Made by a program: the position numbers and the translations under genes | The notes under the pieces: generated by a model | The model's database searches: none | The model's input: only the letters and a program-made list of their open reading frames with translations | Told to the model about the DNA's origin: nothing | Part shown: positions 20,897 to 29,691 of the stretch, piece by piece | Position numbering within the stretch: position 1 is the first letter of the stretch | Layout of the letters: every line of letters begins with the position of its first letter | Assembly: GCA_965208575.1 (NCBI GenBank) | Contig: CBDBOV010000006.1 | Location: forward strand, 256,001 to 320,000 | Origin: Spirochaetia bacterium | GTDB taxonomy: Bacteria > Spirochaetota > Spirochaetia > SZUA-6 > Bin103 | Direction of reading: 5' to 3' | Length of the DNA stretch: 64,000 bases

Positions 20897-22819
20897 CTAC
20901 TCCTGGATGAACCACTGATCCGGCATCAGCGGAATGTGGTCGGCGTTGTCGATCACGATCTCCTCCGCCGTCGGCACGTTCTGCAGCCGGTTGTGCACGA
21001 TCACCATCAGCGGCACGTCGTGCGCCGCCCAGATGCCGAGGTTGTTCTCGGCGCGCAGGCGCTGGTGCTCCTTCATCAGCATGCCCACCTTGTCGGCGTC
21101 CACCGTGGTGATGATCTCGTCGGTCAGGTCCCAGATCCGCTGCAGGTCGTCGGGCGGATCCTCGACGAACAGCGGGCTCTGGTAGCCGGGCATGATCGGC
21201 CCCTCGTTGAGCCGGAACTGCGGGAACAGCAGGTCGGTGGTGCCGAACGTCACCGCGTGGAACTGCAGGTCGCGGATACCGCTGAACATCAGGCTGCGGG
21301 TCTGCAGGTGCAGCCGCGCGTCGATGCCCACCGCCTTCCAGTCTGCCACCACCATCTCCGCCAGGTTGACGTGCGCGGTGATCTCGGAAGCCGCGCCGAG
21401 CAGGAAGGTCACGTTGCCGCCGTCTTCGTACTGCAGCATGCCGTCGCCGTTCTGGTCCTTCAGGCCCAGCTCGCCGAGCAGTTGGCGCGCCTTGTCGGGG
21501 TCGTATTCGGCGTTGATCTGAGCGATGGTCGCCATCTCGCCGTCCCAGTAGGGAGAGGCGGTGCTGATACCGAGGTTGGCCTCCTTGGCGAGCCCAAGGA
21601 ACAGCAGGTCATTGATCGCCTCGCGGTTCAGCGCCACGCTCAGCGCGTTGCGGAACTCGACCGTGCGCAGCAGCACGCGCAGTTGCGCATAGTCCTCGTC
21701 CTTGAGGTCGTAGTTCAGCCAGATCTCGTTGCCGGTGGTGAAGTTGTCGCCGATACCGACGCGCAGCTCGTAGTTGCCGTCGGCCTCGCTGGCCTTCAGC
21801 ATCGGCAGGTTCTCGAGCACCTGGAAGTTGCGCTCCGCCAGGTCCACCTCGCCGGCGATGCCGCGCAGGATCGCCGCCTCCTGGTCGGCGAGCATCTGGA
21901 ACCGCATCTTGTCGATGTAGGGCAACTGGTTGCCGGCCGTATCCACCTTCCAGTAGTACGGGTTGCGCTCCATGACCGCCTCTTCGGCCGGGTTGTACTT
22001 GGTCAGTTTGAAGGCGGTGTGGGTCGGGATGCTGGTGTTGACCGGGCCGTACTCGCTTTGGAAGTCCTCCCAGGTCTTGCCGCTGGTGTGATCCGGGTGG
22101 AACTGCTTGAAATAGTGCGACGGGGCGAGCAGCGCGCCGTACTCCGAGCGGGTGGCGCCGTACAGGACGTTCAGGAACCACGGGTTGGGGCCGGCGAACT
22201 CGAAGCGGATGGTGTGGTCGTCGATCTGGATCACCTCCATCGTCTCGCCGTTCACCTTGTAACGGGCCGGCACCGTGGGCTGGAAGCCCTCGTTCATCTG
22301 CACCTCGTTCCACATGAACATGATGTCGTGGACGCCCAGCGGCTCGCCGTCGGACCACTTGACGCCTTCGCGCAGCACCACCGTGATGCCGGCCGCGTCG
22401 TCGTCCCACTCCCAGCTCTTGGCGATGCCGGGTCCCCAGCCTTCCAGGCCGTTGGGCGTGATGGTGCCCAGGTCGAGATAGCTGCGCGAGATCAGGCCGC
22501 CGTAGAGGCCGGTCTTGTACAGCACCCACTTGTCGGCGTCGCCGAGCTGGAAGCCGCGGAAGGTGCCGCCGTAGGTGCCGATGCGGTCCACCACCTCCTG
22601 CACCAGCGGTTCGGCCGGCAGCCGTTCCTCGACCGGTGGCAGGTCGCCGCTGGCCACCATGGCGGCGAGCATGGGCGACTCGTTGTAGCCGCCCATGTCG
22701 GTGGCGGCGGCCGCGGACGCGGTGGTCGACTCCTCTGCGGTACTGCCGGCGAAGCCGACGGTGGCCAGTGCCGGGAGCAGCAGCAGCGTCAGAATCCAGG
22801 TCAATGCTGTCTTTCGCAT
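20897..22819 (-). CDS. ABC transporter substrate-binding protein, family 5
   Basis: ATG 22819 after GGAGG; signal peptide; LPPVEERLP, LREGVKWSDG, RNPYYWKVDTAGNQLPYID. Confidence 0.92.
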   Translation of the reverse strand: MRKTALTWILTLLLLPALATVGFAGSTAEESTTASAAAATDMGGYNESPMLAAMVASGDLPPVEERLPAEPLVQEVVDRIGTYGGTFRGFQLGDADKWVLYKTGLYGGLISRSYLDLGTITPNGLEGWGPGIAKSWEWDDDAAGITVVLREGVKWSDGEPLGVHDIMFMWNEVQMNEGFQPTVPARYKVNGETMEVIQIDDHTIRFEFAGPNPWFLNVLYGATRSEYGALLAPSHYFKQFHPDHTSGKTWEDFQSEYGPVNTSIPTHTAFKLTKYNPAEEAVMERNPYYWKVDTAGNQLPYIDKMRFQMLADQEAAILRGIAGEVDLAERNFQVLENLPMLKASEADGNYELRVGIGDNFTTGNEIWLNYDLKDEDYAQLRVLLRTVEFRNALSVALNREAINDLLFLGLAKEANLGISTASPYWDGEMATIAQINAEYDPDKARQLLGELGLKDQNGDGMLQYEDGGNVTFLLGAASEITAHVNLAEMVVADWKAVGIDARLHLQTRSLMFSGIRDLQFHAVTFGTTDLLFPQFRLNEGPIMPGYQSPLFVEDPPDDLQRIWDLTDEIITTVDADKVGMLMKEHQRLRAENNLGIWAAHDVPLMVIVHNRLQNVPTAEEIVIDNADHIPLMPDQWFIQE

Positions 22820-23015
22820 TGTAACCTCCTGTCGTTTTTGCCGGGCGGCAGCCTGCATGTCGGTCCCACCGTTGCGTATCACCTGCCGGGCGGCTGTTGT
22901 CGTCATTACAAGCCGTCCGCGCGCTCCGGTCAAGCTCGTGCCCGATGCCGTCGATGCCGTCGATGCCTTGGATGAGGTCGATGCAGCGGCGCGGGTGCTC
23001 TGCTATGGTGGGGCG

Positions 23016-24449
23016 ATGAACGTAGAGCGTGCGCTGCTGTTCTTCGACGACCAGTACCTGGACCGGCGCGACAACCTGGCCCGCCGCCTCGGGCAGCCGG
23101 TTCCGGTGCCGGCGGGCACCTGGCGCGACCCCGACCTGGACCCGTCGTGGGGCTATCCGAGCGTGTTCCGCGACCCCGATTCGGGGCTGTGGCGCTGCCT
23201 GTACCAGGCCCAGCTCCCGCGCAGCTTCGTGCCGGAGGGCGGCCGGTTGCGCCACCTGGCGCTGGTGGTGGAGAGCGAGGAGGGCGTGCACTGGCGCGCG
23301 CCCGACCTGACCAAGGCGGTGCCGATGGAAGGCCGCGTGCGCCCGCACCAGGTGCTGCCGCTGGCCGGCTTCGGGGAGTGGGGGCCGTGCTTCCACGACG
23401 CGCAGGCGGAGGACCCGGCCGAGCGCCTGAAGGCGTTCGTCAGCTACCGCGACCCGGACGGCACCAGTGCGCCGCTGTACGTGTCCGGCGACGGCCTCTC
23501 GTGGCGCCTGCTGCCGGGCCGGAGCTGGCACCCGACCGGCATCGATCCGGCGGTGTCGGGGTTCTGGAACCCGGTGCGCGGCAGCTACGTGATCGCCGCC
23601 CGCCCGAGCTGGGGCGACCGCCGCATCGCCGTGTACGAAACGCGCGACTGGCGCACCTTCTCGGCGCCCGAGGTGGCGATGCGCCCGGACGGCGAGGACA
23701 CGCCGGCGGCGCAGGTGTACGGCATGCCGGTGTTCCCCTACGCCCACCTGTTTATCGGCTTCCTGTGGATCTACCACACCACGCCGGTAGTCGGCGGCGG
23801 CAAGTTCATCGAGGGCAAGGTGGACTGCCAGCTCGCCTACAGCTACAACGGCTGGCACTTCCAGCGCTGCCAGCGGGCGGCCATCCTGCCCAATGCCGCC
23901 CCGGGCGAGCCCGGCTACGGCTGCATCTACCCCTCCAGCCTGGTGGTGACCGACGACAATGTGATCCGCATCTACTCCAGCTCCTCGGAGGGCGAGCACG
24001 CGCAGCGGCTGTCGGAACCGGAGCGGGGCGAAGGCCGCCTGCTGCTGCACGAGCTGCGCCTGGACGGTTTCGTCTACCTGGAGCCGCCCGGCGGCCCCGG
24101 CTCGCTGACCACCCGCCCGCTGCACCTGCGCGGCGACCGCCTCACCGTCAACGTGCAGGCGCCGCAGGGCCGGCTGCGGATGCAGGTCACCGGCCCCGAC
24201 TGCCGCCCGCTGGACGGCTACGCCTACGACGACTGCGCCGCCTTCACCGGCGACGCGCACGCCTGGCAGCCGGTATGGCGCGGCGGCCGCACCATCGGCG
24301 CCCTGTCCGGCCAGGTGATCCGCCTCGAGGCGGAGCTGTTCAACGGCCGGCTATACGCCCTCCGCGGCGACCTACGTCCCACCTCACCGGCCGGACTGCG
24401 CTCCTGGACGGAAACCGGAGAGGCTCCCACGACTCTGCAGGAAGCGTGA
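23016..24449 (+). CDS. Putative five-bladed beta-propeller glycoside hydrolase-like protein
   Basis: LLFFDD start, Asp-box-like ESEEGVHW / SGDGLSW / SYNGWHF, C-terminal LRLDGFV...GSLTTRPL; paralogous to 27836-29488. Confidence 0.7.
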   Translation: MNVERALLFFDDQYLDRRDNLARRLGQPVPVPAGTWRDPDLDPSWGYPSVFRDPDSGLWRCLYQAQLPRSFVPEGGRLRHLALVVESEEGVHWRAPDLTKAVPMEGRVRPHQVLPLAGFGEWGPCFHDAQAEDPAERLKAFVSYRDPDGTSAPLYVSGDGLSWRLLPGRSWHPTGIDPAVSGFWNPVRGSYVIAARPSWGDRRIAVYETRDWRTFSAPEVAMRPDGEDTPAAQVYGMPVFPYAHLFIGFLWIYHTTPVVGGGKFIEGKVDCQLAYSYNGWHFQRCQRAAILPNAAPGEPGYGCIYPSSLVVTDDNVIRIYSSSSEGEHAQRLSEPERGEGRLLLHELRLDGFVYLEPPGGPGSLTTRPLHLRGDRLTVNVQAPQGRLRMQVTGPDCRPLDGYAYDDCAAFTGDAHAWQPVWRGGRTIGALSGQVIRLEAELFNGRLYALRGDLRPTSPAGLRSWTETGEAPTTLQEA

Positions 24450-24545
24450 ACGAACTCGCGACACTCCAACATCGATACCGCGATTGTCTTGTTGACAGCG
24501 CCACCTACCGATAGTATTGAAACGTGCCGGTGGAGGTAACGGACT

Positions 24546-24896
24546 ATGGCGGCTCGCGATAAGAGCAACGTGGTCAGGTTCAGTGCAAAGCGCTCTCTGG
24601 TCAAGATTGGACTAAGCGAGTCCCGATTCGACAACTTCCTGTCTGGCTGCCGCATGGTGTTCTCGTTCGGTGATGATGTGGTTTACGAACCCCGCTCTCA
24701 AGACGCCGAGATCGGGGAGGTTTGGGGTTCCGTTGGGAACTTCATCGCTGAGGCGATGCAAGGAGCCGCCGGGGCAGACCCCGAGCTACCAGGACTCCCC
24801 GAAGACCTGTTCTCCGCACCCGTCAGCGGCGTAATAGTAAACAAACGGGAGCAGTCGTCAGCACCCGAAGGTCATGTCCCCGTCGGAGTCTCTTGA
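24546..24896 (+). CDS. Hypothetical protein
   Basis: 116-aa ORF with GGAGG RBS and an upstream TTGACA; lower GC than flanks. Confidence 0.6.
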   Translation: MAARDKSNVVRFSAKRSLVKIGLSESRFDNFLSGCRMVFSFGDDVVYEPRSQDAEIGEVWGSVGNFIAEAMQGAAGADPELPGLPEDLFSAPVSGVIVNKREQSSAPEGHVPVGVS

Positions 24897-25029
24897 ACGC
24901 CTCGCCGCCCGACTCTCAGCAGGGCCCCTCGGCACCCGAGCCTCAGGCGAGCACTCCTCCTGAACCACCAGCTGACCCGCCGGATCAGCCAAGTCCTGTA
25001 TGCCCGCGCATGCCGACGTTTGTCGCCCC

Positions 25030-26136
25030 TCAGTCGGGAACAGGCACGTCGACGCCGCGCAGGTCGAGGTCGGCGGCGAAGTGGCAGGCGGTCCACTGCT
25101 CGCCGCTGGACGGCCGGAGTTCCGGCACTTCGGTGCTGCAGCGCGGCATGCGGTCCGCCTGCGGGGCGTAGGAGCAGCGGGTGTGGAACCGGCAGCCGTT
25201 CGGCGGGTTGGCCGGCGACGGCACGCCGCCCTCCAGGATGATGCGCTCGCGCTGCACGTCGGGATCAGGTACCTGCACCGCCGACAGCAGCGCCTCCGTG
25301 TATGGGTGCCGCGGGTTGCGGTACAGGTCCTCGCCACGCGCCAGCTCCACCAGCCGGCCCAGGTACATCACCGCCACCCAGTCGCTGATGTGCTCCACCA
25401 CCGACAGGTCGTGGGCAATGAACACGTAGGTCAGACCAAGCTCCGCCTGCAGGTCCTCCAGCAGGTTGAGCACCTGGCCCTGGATCGACACGTCCAGCGC
25501 CGACACCGGCTCGTCGGCGATCACCAGCTTCGGGTTCAGGGCCAGGGCGCGCGCGATGCCGATGCGCTGCCGCTGGCCGGCCGAGAACTGGTGCGGGTAG
25601 CGGGCGCGCTGCTCGGGACGCAGCCCCACTTGCCCCATCAGGGTGACCACGCGCTCCTCGATCTCCTCTTTCGAGCCGCCGATGTTGTGGATCAGGAACG
25701 GCTCGGTCAGGATCTGCTGCACCGTCATGCGCGGGTTGAGCGACGAGTTGGGGTCCTGGAAGATCATCTGCACCTCGCGGCGCACCCGCTTCAGGCGCTG
25801 CCGGTCCAGCGTGGCCAGGTCGACCATCGACTGTTCGGCCGCCAGGCCCTCCGCCGCCAGCCGCTCGCTACGGAACAGCGCCTGCCCCGCGGTGGGCTCC
25901 TCCAGGCGCAGGATGGTGCGCCCCACCGTGGTCTTGCCGCAGCCGCTCTCCCCCACCAGGCCCAGCGTCTCGCCCTCGCGCACCGTGAAGGAAACGTCGT
26001 CCACCGCCTTCACCTCGCCCACCTTGCGGCGCAGGATGCCGCCCTCCACCGGAAAGTACTTCTTGAGGTTCCTGACCTCCAGCAGCGGGGCGCCGACGCC
26101 GCGCGCCGGACTGTCCGCAACGGCGGCGCCCATCAT
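25030..26136 (-). CDS. Oligopeptide/dipeptide ABC ATP-binding protein (OppF/DppF-like)
   Basis: [36 protein letters not shown]...ACH. Confidence 0.92.
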   Translation of the reverse strand: MMGAAVADSPARGVGAPLLEVRNLKKYFPVEGGILRRKVGEVKAVDDVSFTVREGETLGLVGESGCGKTTVGRTILRLEEPTAGQALFRSERLAAEGLAAEQSMVDLATLDRQRLKRVRREVQMIFQDPNSSLNPRMTVQQILTEPFLIHNIGGSKEEIEERVVTLMGQVGLRPEQRARYPHQFSAGQRQRIGIARALALNPKLVIADEPVSALDVSIQGQVLNLLEDLQAELGLTYVFIAHDLSVVEHISDWVAVMYLGRLVELARGEDLYRNPRHPYTEALLSAVQVPDPDVQRERIILEGGVPSPANPPNGCRFHTRCSYAPQADRMPRCSTEVPELRPSSGEQWTACHFAADLDLRGVDVPVPD

Positions 26137-26144
26137 GCGGCGGT

Positions 26145-26345
26145 CTCGCTCAGCCAGCAACGCGAAAGGTGGTTCGGCTGCACCGCCCCGGAACGGTCCT
26201 TGAGGCGTGGAGCCGTCATCCAACCGCCTCGCTCAACCGGCAACGCGAAACGTGGTTCGGCTGCATCGCCCCGGAACGGTCCTTGAGGCGTGGAGCCGTC
26301 ATCCAACCGCCTCGCTCAACCAGCAACGCGACAGGTGGCTCGGCG
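26145..26345. repeat. 83-bp tandem repeat (about 2.3 copies) containing the 3' end of the upstream ATPase gene
   Basis: GTGG(T/C)TCGGC recurs at 26169, 26252 and 26335. Confidence 0.88.
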
Positions 26346-27402
26346 CCGGCTCGAAGATCGGCGGTTCCTCGGCACACTGTTCCATGCGCTGCGGACAGCG
26401 GTCGGCGAAGCGGCACCCCGGCGGCGTGGCGCGCGGGTCGGGCACCAGCCCCTGGATCGGCTGCAGGCGCTGGCGCACCCGCGCCCCGAGCACGGGAATC
26501 GAACGCAGCAAGCCCTGCGTGTAGGGGTGCCGCGGCTGCTTGAACACCGGCCGCATCGGCCCGTACTCCACCACCCGCCCCAGGTACATCACCGCCACCT
26601 CGTCCGCCATGCCCACCACCACGCCCAGGTCGTGGGTGATCATGATGATCGAGATACCGAACTCGCCCTGCAGGCGCTGCATCAGCTCCAGGATCTGCGC
26701 CTGGATGGTGACGTCGAGCGCGGTGGTCGGCTCGTCCGCGATCAGCAGCGACGGGTTGCACGACAGCGCCATCGCGATCATCGCCCGCTGCCGCATGCCG
26801 CCGGAGAGCTGGTGCGGATACTCCACCGCACGCCGCTCCGGATCCGCGATGCCCACCTGGCGCAGCATCTCCACCGCCCGCTCGCGCGCCTCGCCCGCCG
26901 GCTTGTCCTGGTGGAGCTGGATCGCCTCCATGATCTGGTTGCCGATGGTGTACACCGGGTTGAGGCTGGTCATCGGCTCCTGGAAGATCATCGCGATCTC
27001 GCCGCCGCGGATGCGCCGGTAGGTGCGGCTCTGCGAATCCAACTGCACCAGGTCGACCTCGCTGCCGTCCTTGCGGCGGAACCGCAGGCTGCCGCTGATG
27101 GCAGTGGTGGCGGGCGGCACCAGCCCCATGATGCTGAGCGCGGTGACGGTCTTGCCGCAGCCGCTCTCGCCGACCAGCCCCAGGGTGCGATTGCGCCCCA
27201 CCGCCAGGTCGACGCCGTCCACCGCGCGCACCGTGCCGCGGTCGGTGTGGAACCAAGTCTTCAGATCGTGGATCTCGAGCAGCCGGTCGGCTCCCGGCAC
27301 GCTCTCCGGGGTGGTGGGTCGGGCCGGGACCGGCGCCGTGGGAGACGGTGCCGGGGCGCCGGCAACCGCGTCGGCGCGTCGCACTCTCATGGAGTTGGCC
27401 AT
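26299..27402 (-). CDS. Oligopeptide/dipeptide ABC ATP-binding protein (OppD/DppD-like)
   Basis: [44 protein letters not shown]; start trimmed to ATG 27402. Confidence 0.92.
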   Translation of the reverse strand: MANSMRVRRADAVAGAPAPSPTAPVPARPTTPESVPGADRLLEIHDLKTWFHTDRGTVRAVDGVDLAVGRNRTLGLVGESGCGKTVTALSIMGLVPPATTAISGSLRFRRKDGSEVDLVQLDSQSRTYRRIRGGEIAMIFQEPMTSLNPVYTIGNQIMEAIQLHQDKPAGEARERAVEMLRQVGIADPERRAVEYPHQLSGGMRQRAMIAMALSCNPSLLIADEPTTALDVTIQAQILELMQRLQGEFGISIIMITHDLGVVVGMADEVAVMYLGRVVEYGPMRPVFKQPRHPYTQGLLRSIPVLGARVRQRLQPIQGLVPDPRATPPGCRFADRCPQRMEQCAEEPPIFEPAPSHLSRCWLSEAVG

Positions 27403-27835
27403 CCGGTGTAGCGCAAACGCGAGCGGCGGCAGGCCGCGGCGGGGCTCCTTGGTGATGGCGCGCCGCAGCTCACGCGCGCCGGCGCGCGGCGCCACTGGCA
27501 GCCGTTGCGGAACGGCGGGTGCGGCACGCTGCCGGCTGGCGGCGGCGGGACAGCCGATGCGGTGCGCCATCGGCCGCCGTGGCGAAATGCCGGATGCGGC
27601 GGCTGCCCGTGTGCACGTACCGGTGCGGTGACTGCCGTGGTGTCCGCCGGGCGCTCGGAAGCCATCGCGATCAGCCCTTGCAGCCCGCCGTGGAGCCCGG
27701 CGTCGCACAGAGAGCGGCACCGCGCCCGGCTGCCAAGACGCGACGAACAAGTCTGGCGGGGCACATGTGAGCGAGGATCAACGCAGCCGGCCATGGAGCG
27801 CCGCTCGAATGCAGCCGCCGTTTCGCCACCGGCTG

Positions 27836-29488
27836 CTACCCCTGGCCCACGGTGTCGGTGGCGGCCGTGAAGCCGGGGCCCCCCGCCGCCACGTAGCCGT
27901 GGCTGGCGCCGGAGCTCTCCGGGCTGACCCAGAACGAGTACAGCGCCGCATCGCGCAGGTGGAAGCGCAGCCGTACCGGGCGGCCGGCCACCTCTTCCAG
28001 GCTACCGCCGTTGCCGCCGTTGCCCCACTTCACCGCCTGCGCGGTGGCGTCGCCGGTCACCGGCACGCAGTGCTCGCGGCCAAGGCGCCGCACCGGGTTG
28101 CCGGCCTCGTCCAGCACCTCGGCGCGCAACTCGCCGCCCGCAGCGGCGGCGTTCACGAACAGGTGGCTGCCGCTGAAGCGCAGCGGGCGGGTGGTCAGCG
28201 TGCCGCCCTCCGCGTCGGCGTCGTGCGACACGAAGCCGTCGCGGCGCAGGGTCGCCAGCCCGGTGCTGCCGCCGGCGTACATGTGGGTCCCGAACTTGGG
28301 CGACACCCCGGAGAAGGCGCCGAAGTAGATATACAGTTGGTCGCCCACGATCAGGCAGCAGCCGCCGCAGGAATGGATGTAGTCGCAATTCCAGTCGCGC
28401 AGCCGGTGGGTGCCGGCCACGATCGGCGTGCGGTCGCGGCGGTCGAAGTGAAAGCCGTCGCGGCTGTAGCCCACCAGCAGCTCGGTGATCTTCGGGAAGC
28501 CGCCCTCGTCACAGACCTCGTTGGGCGGCCCGCGGTGGATCATGAAGAAGCCCAGCATCAGGCTCTCGTAGCCGACCGCGTCGATGTTGTAGAGCTGCGT
28601 CGGGTGGCCGTGCTCGGGGGACGGCGGGTCCAGGTTGTCGGCGCCGGACCAGTGGGCGATCTCTTCCCGCTCCCAGGCGGCGCCGGCGAACAGGTCGGCG
28701 TGCTCCCGGTAGCCGCGCAGCCGCCCCACGGCGGGGTCGCTGGTGCGCACGCTGTACGCCCAGCGCTTTCGGAACGGGTTGTAGAAGATGGTGGTGTTGT
28801 CGCCGCAGCGGCCGGTGGCGGCGCGCTCGGTCCAGTGGATGCCGTCCGGCGACGAGTACACGTGGCCGCCGGTCCACCCGGTGGTGGTGTGCGGCCCGCC
28901 CAGCTCGCCGTAGCGGAACCCGCCGCCGCGCTGGCGGTGATAGGCGAACATCTTGAACCGCTCGTCGGCGCGCTCAGCCTCCAGGTCGAGCCATACCCCC
29001 ACCCCGTCGCGCTGAAACCGCTCCCGCAGCGGCAGCACGCGGTTGGTGCCGGGCTCCACGTCCAGGTCCGGGCGCTCCCAGTTGATCCCGTCGCGGCTGG
29101 TGGCCAGCGCCGTGCCGTCGAACCAGCCGGCGTGGTACCACAGCTTGAACAGGCCGTCGGCGGGGTCGTAGAAGGCGCCGTCCTTGAACGGGCACGCTAC
29201 CGGGCACATGCCGAAGTTCATCTCCAGCGGCGTCTCGGGCGCCAGCACCGGGTTCGCCTCGTGCAACTCCGGCGTGTGGAACACCCGCTGCAGCGTACTG
29301 TCGGCGATCAGGAATTCGTCCACCAGCAGTTGCCGCCCCACGTCGATCGGAATCACCGCCGGCGGCCGCTCCAGCCAGGGCACCGGCCCCGGCTCCCGTG
29401 ACGTGCGCGACAGCCCGCGCGGCGGCCACGCTCCCGGCTGCTCGATTCCGTTGTAGTTCACGCCCCTGTTGTCACTCACGCCACTCAT
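27836..29488 (-). CDS. GH32-related beta-propeller glycoside hydrolase-like protein
   Basis: GRQLLVDEFLI, NPVL, SRDGINW, SPDGIHW, SRDGFHF, LRRDGFVS...GTLTTRPL, ALYSFW. Confidence 0.78.
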   Translation of the reverse strand: MSGVSDNRGVNYNGIEQPGAWPPRGLSRTSREPGPVPWLERPPAVIPIDVGRQLLVDEFLIADSTLQRVFHTPELHEANPVLAPETPLEMNFGMCPVACPFKDGAFYDPADGLFKLWYHAGWFDGTALATSRDGINWERPDLDVEPGTNRVLPLRERFQRDGVGVWLDLEAERADERFKMFAYHRQRGGGFRYGELGGPHTTTGWTGGHVYSSPDGIHWTERAATGRCGDNTTIFYNPFRKRWAYSVRTSDPAVGRLRGYREHADLFAGAAWEREEIAHWSGADNLDPPSPEHGHPTQLYNIDAVGYESLMLGFFMIHRGPPNEVCDEGGFPKITELLVGYSRDGFHFDRRDRTPIVAGTHRLRDWNCDYIHSCGGCCLIVGDQLYIYFGAFSGVSPKFGTHMYAGGSTGLATLRRDGFVSHDADAEGGTLTTRPLRFSGSHLFVNAAAAGGELRAEVLDEAGNPVRRLGREHCVPVTGDATAQAVKWGNGGNGGSLEEVAGRPVRLRFHLRDAALYSFWVSPESSGASHGYVAAGGPGFTAATDTVGQG

Positions 29489-29525
29489 CCTACAACGCCC
29501 GCCGCCCTGTGGTAAGTTCGTCGAA

Positions 29526-29675
29526 CCTGGTGTGGTGGCCCGGAAGTCCCTATCAGAAGGACACGAGAGGCTGGCACGCTACCCCGACGGGGAAAGCCGC
29601 GCACGAAGCTGGGGCGAAGCGCCAGCAGGCCGGCGCGCGGCTCGTGGCAGGAAACTTGCGGAGCACCACACCAGG
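29526..29675. mobile_element. 150-bp element with terminal inverted repeats (MITE-like, or a structured RNA leader)
   Basis: CCTGGTGTGGTG (29526) and CACCACACCAGG (ends 29675) form a perfect 12-bp inverted repeat, extendable imperfectly to about 27 bp, with nested internal stems. Confidence 0.55.
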
Positions 29676-29691
29676 CAACGGAGGTCGAACA

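Noticed and set aside
22943-22985. 9-bp repeats (GATGCCGTC) in a divergent promoter region
   Set aside because: Short and degenerate; no function can be supported.
20936-24260. Long antisense and alternative-frame ORFs (e.g. 20936-22975 +, 21609-24260 -, also 50858-53632 -)
   Set aside because: Shadow ORFs typical of high-GC DNA, overlapping well-supported genes, with no recognisable motifs.
26145-26345. Possible CRISPR mini-array
   Set aside because: The would-be spacers are near-identical, so this is a tandem duplication; no cas genes are in the window.
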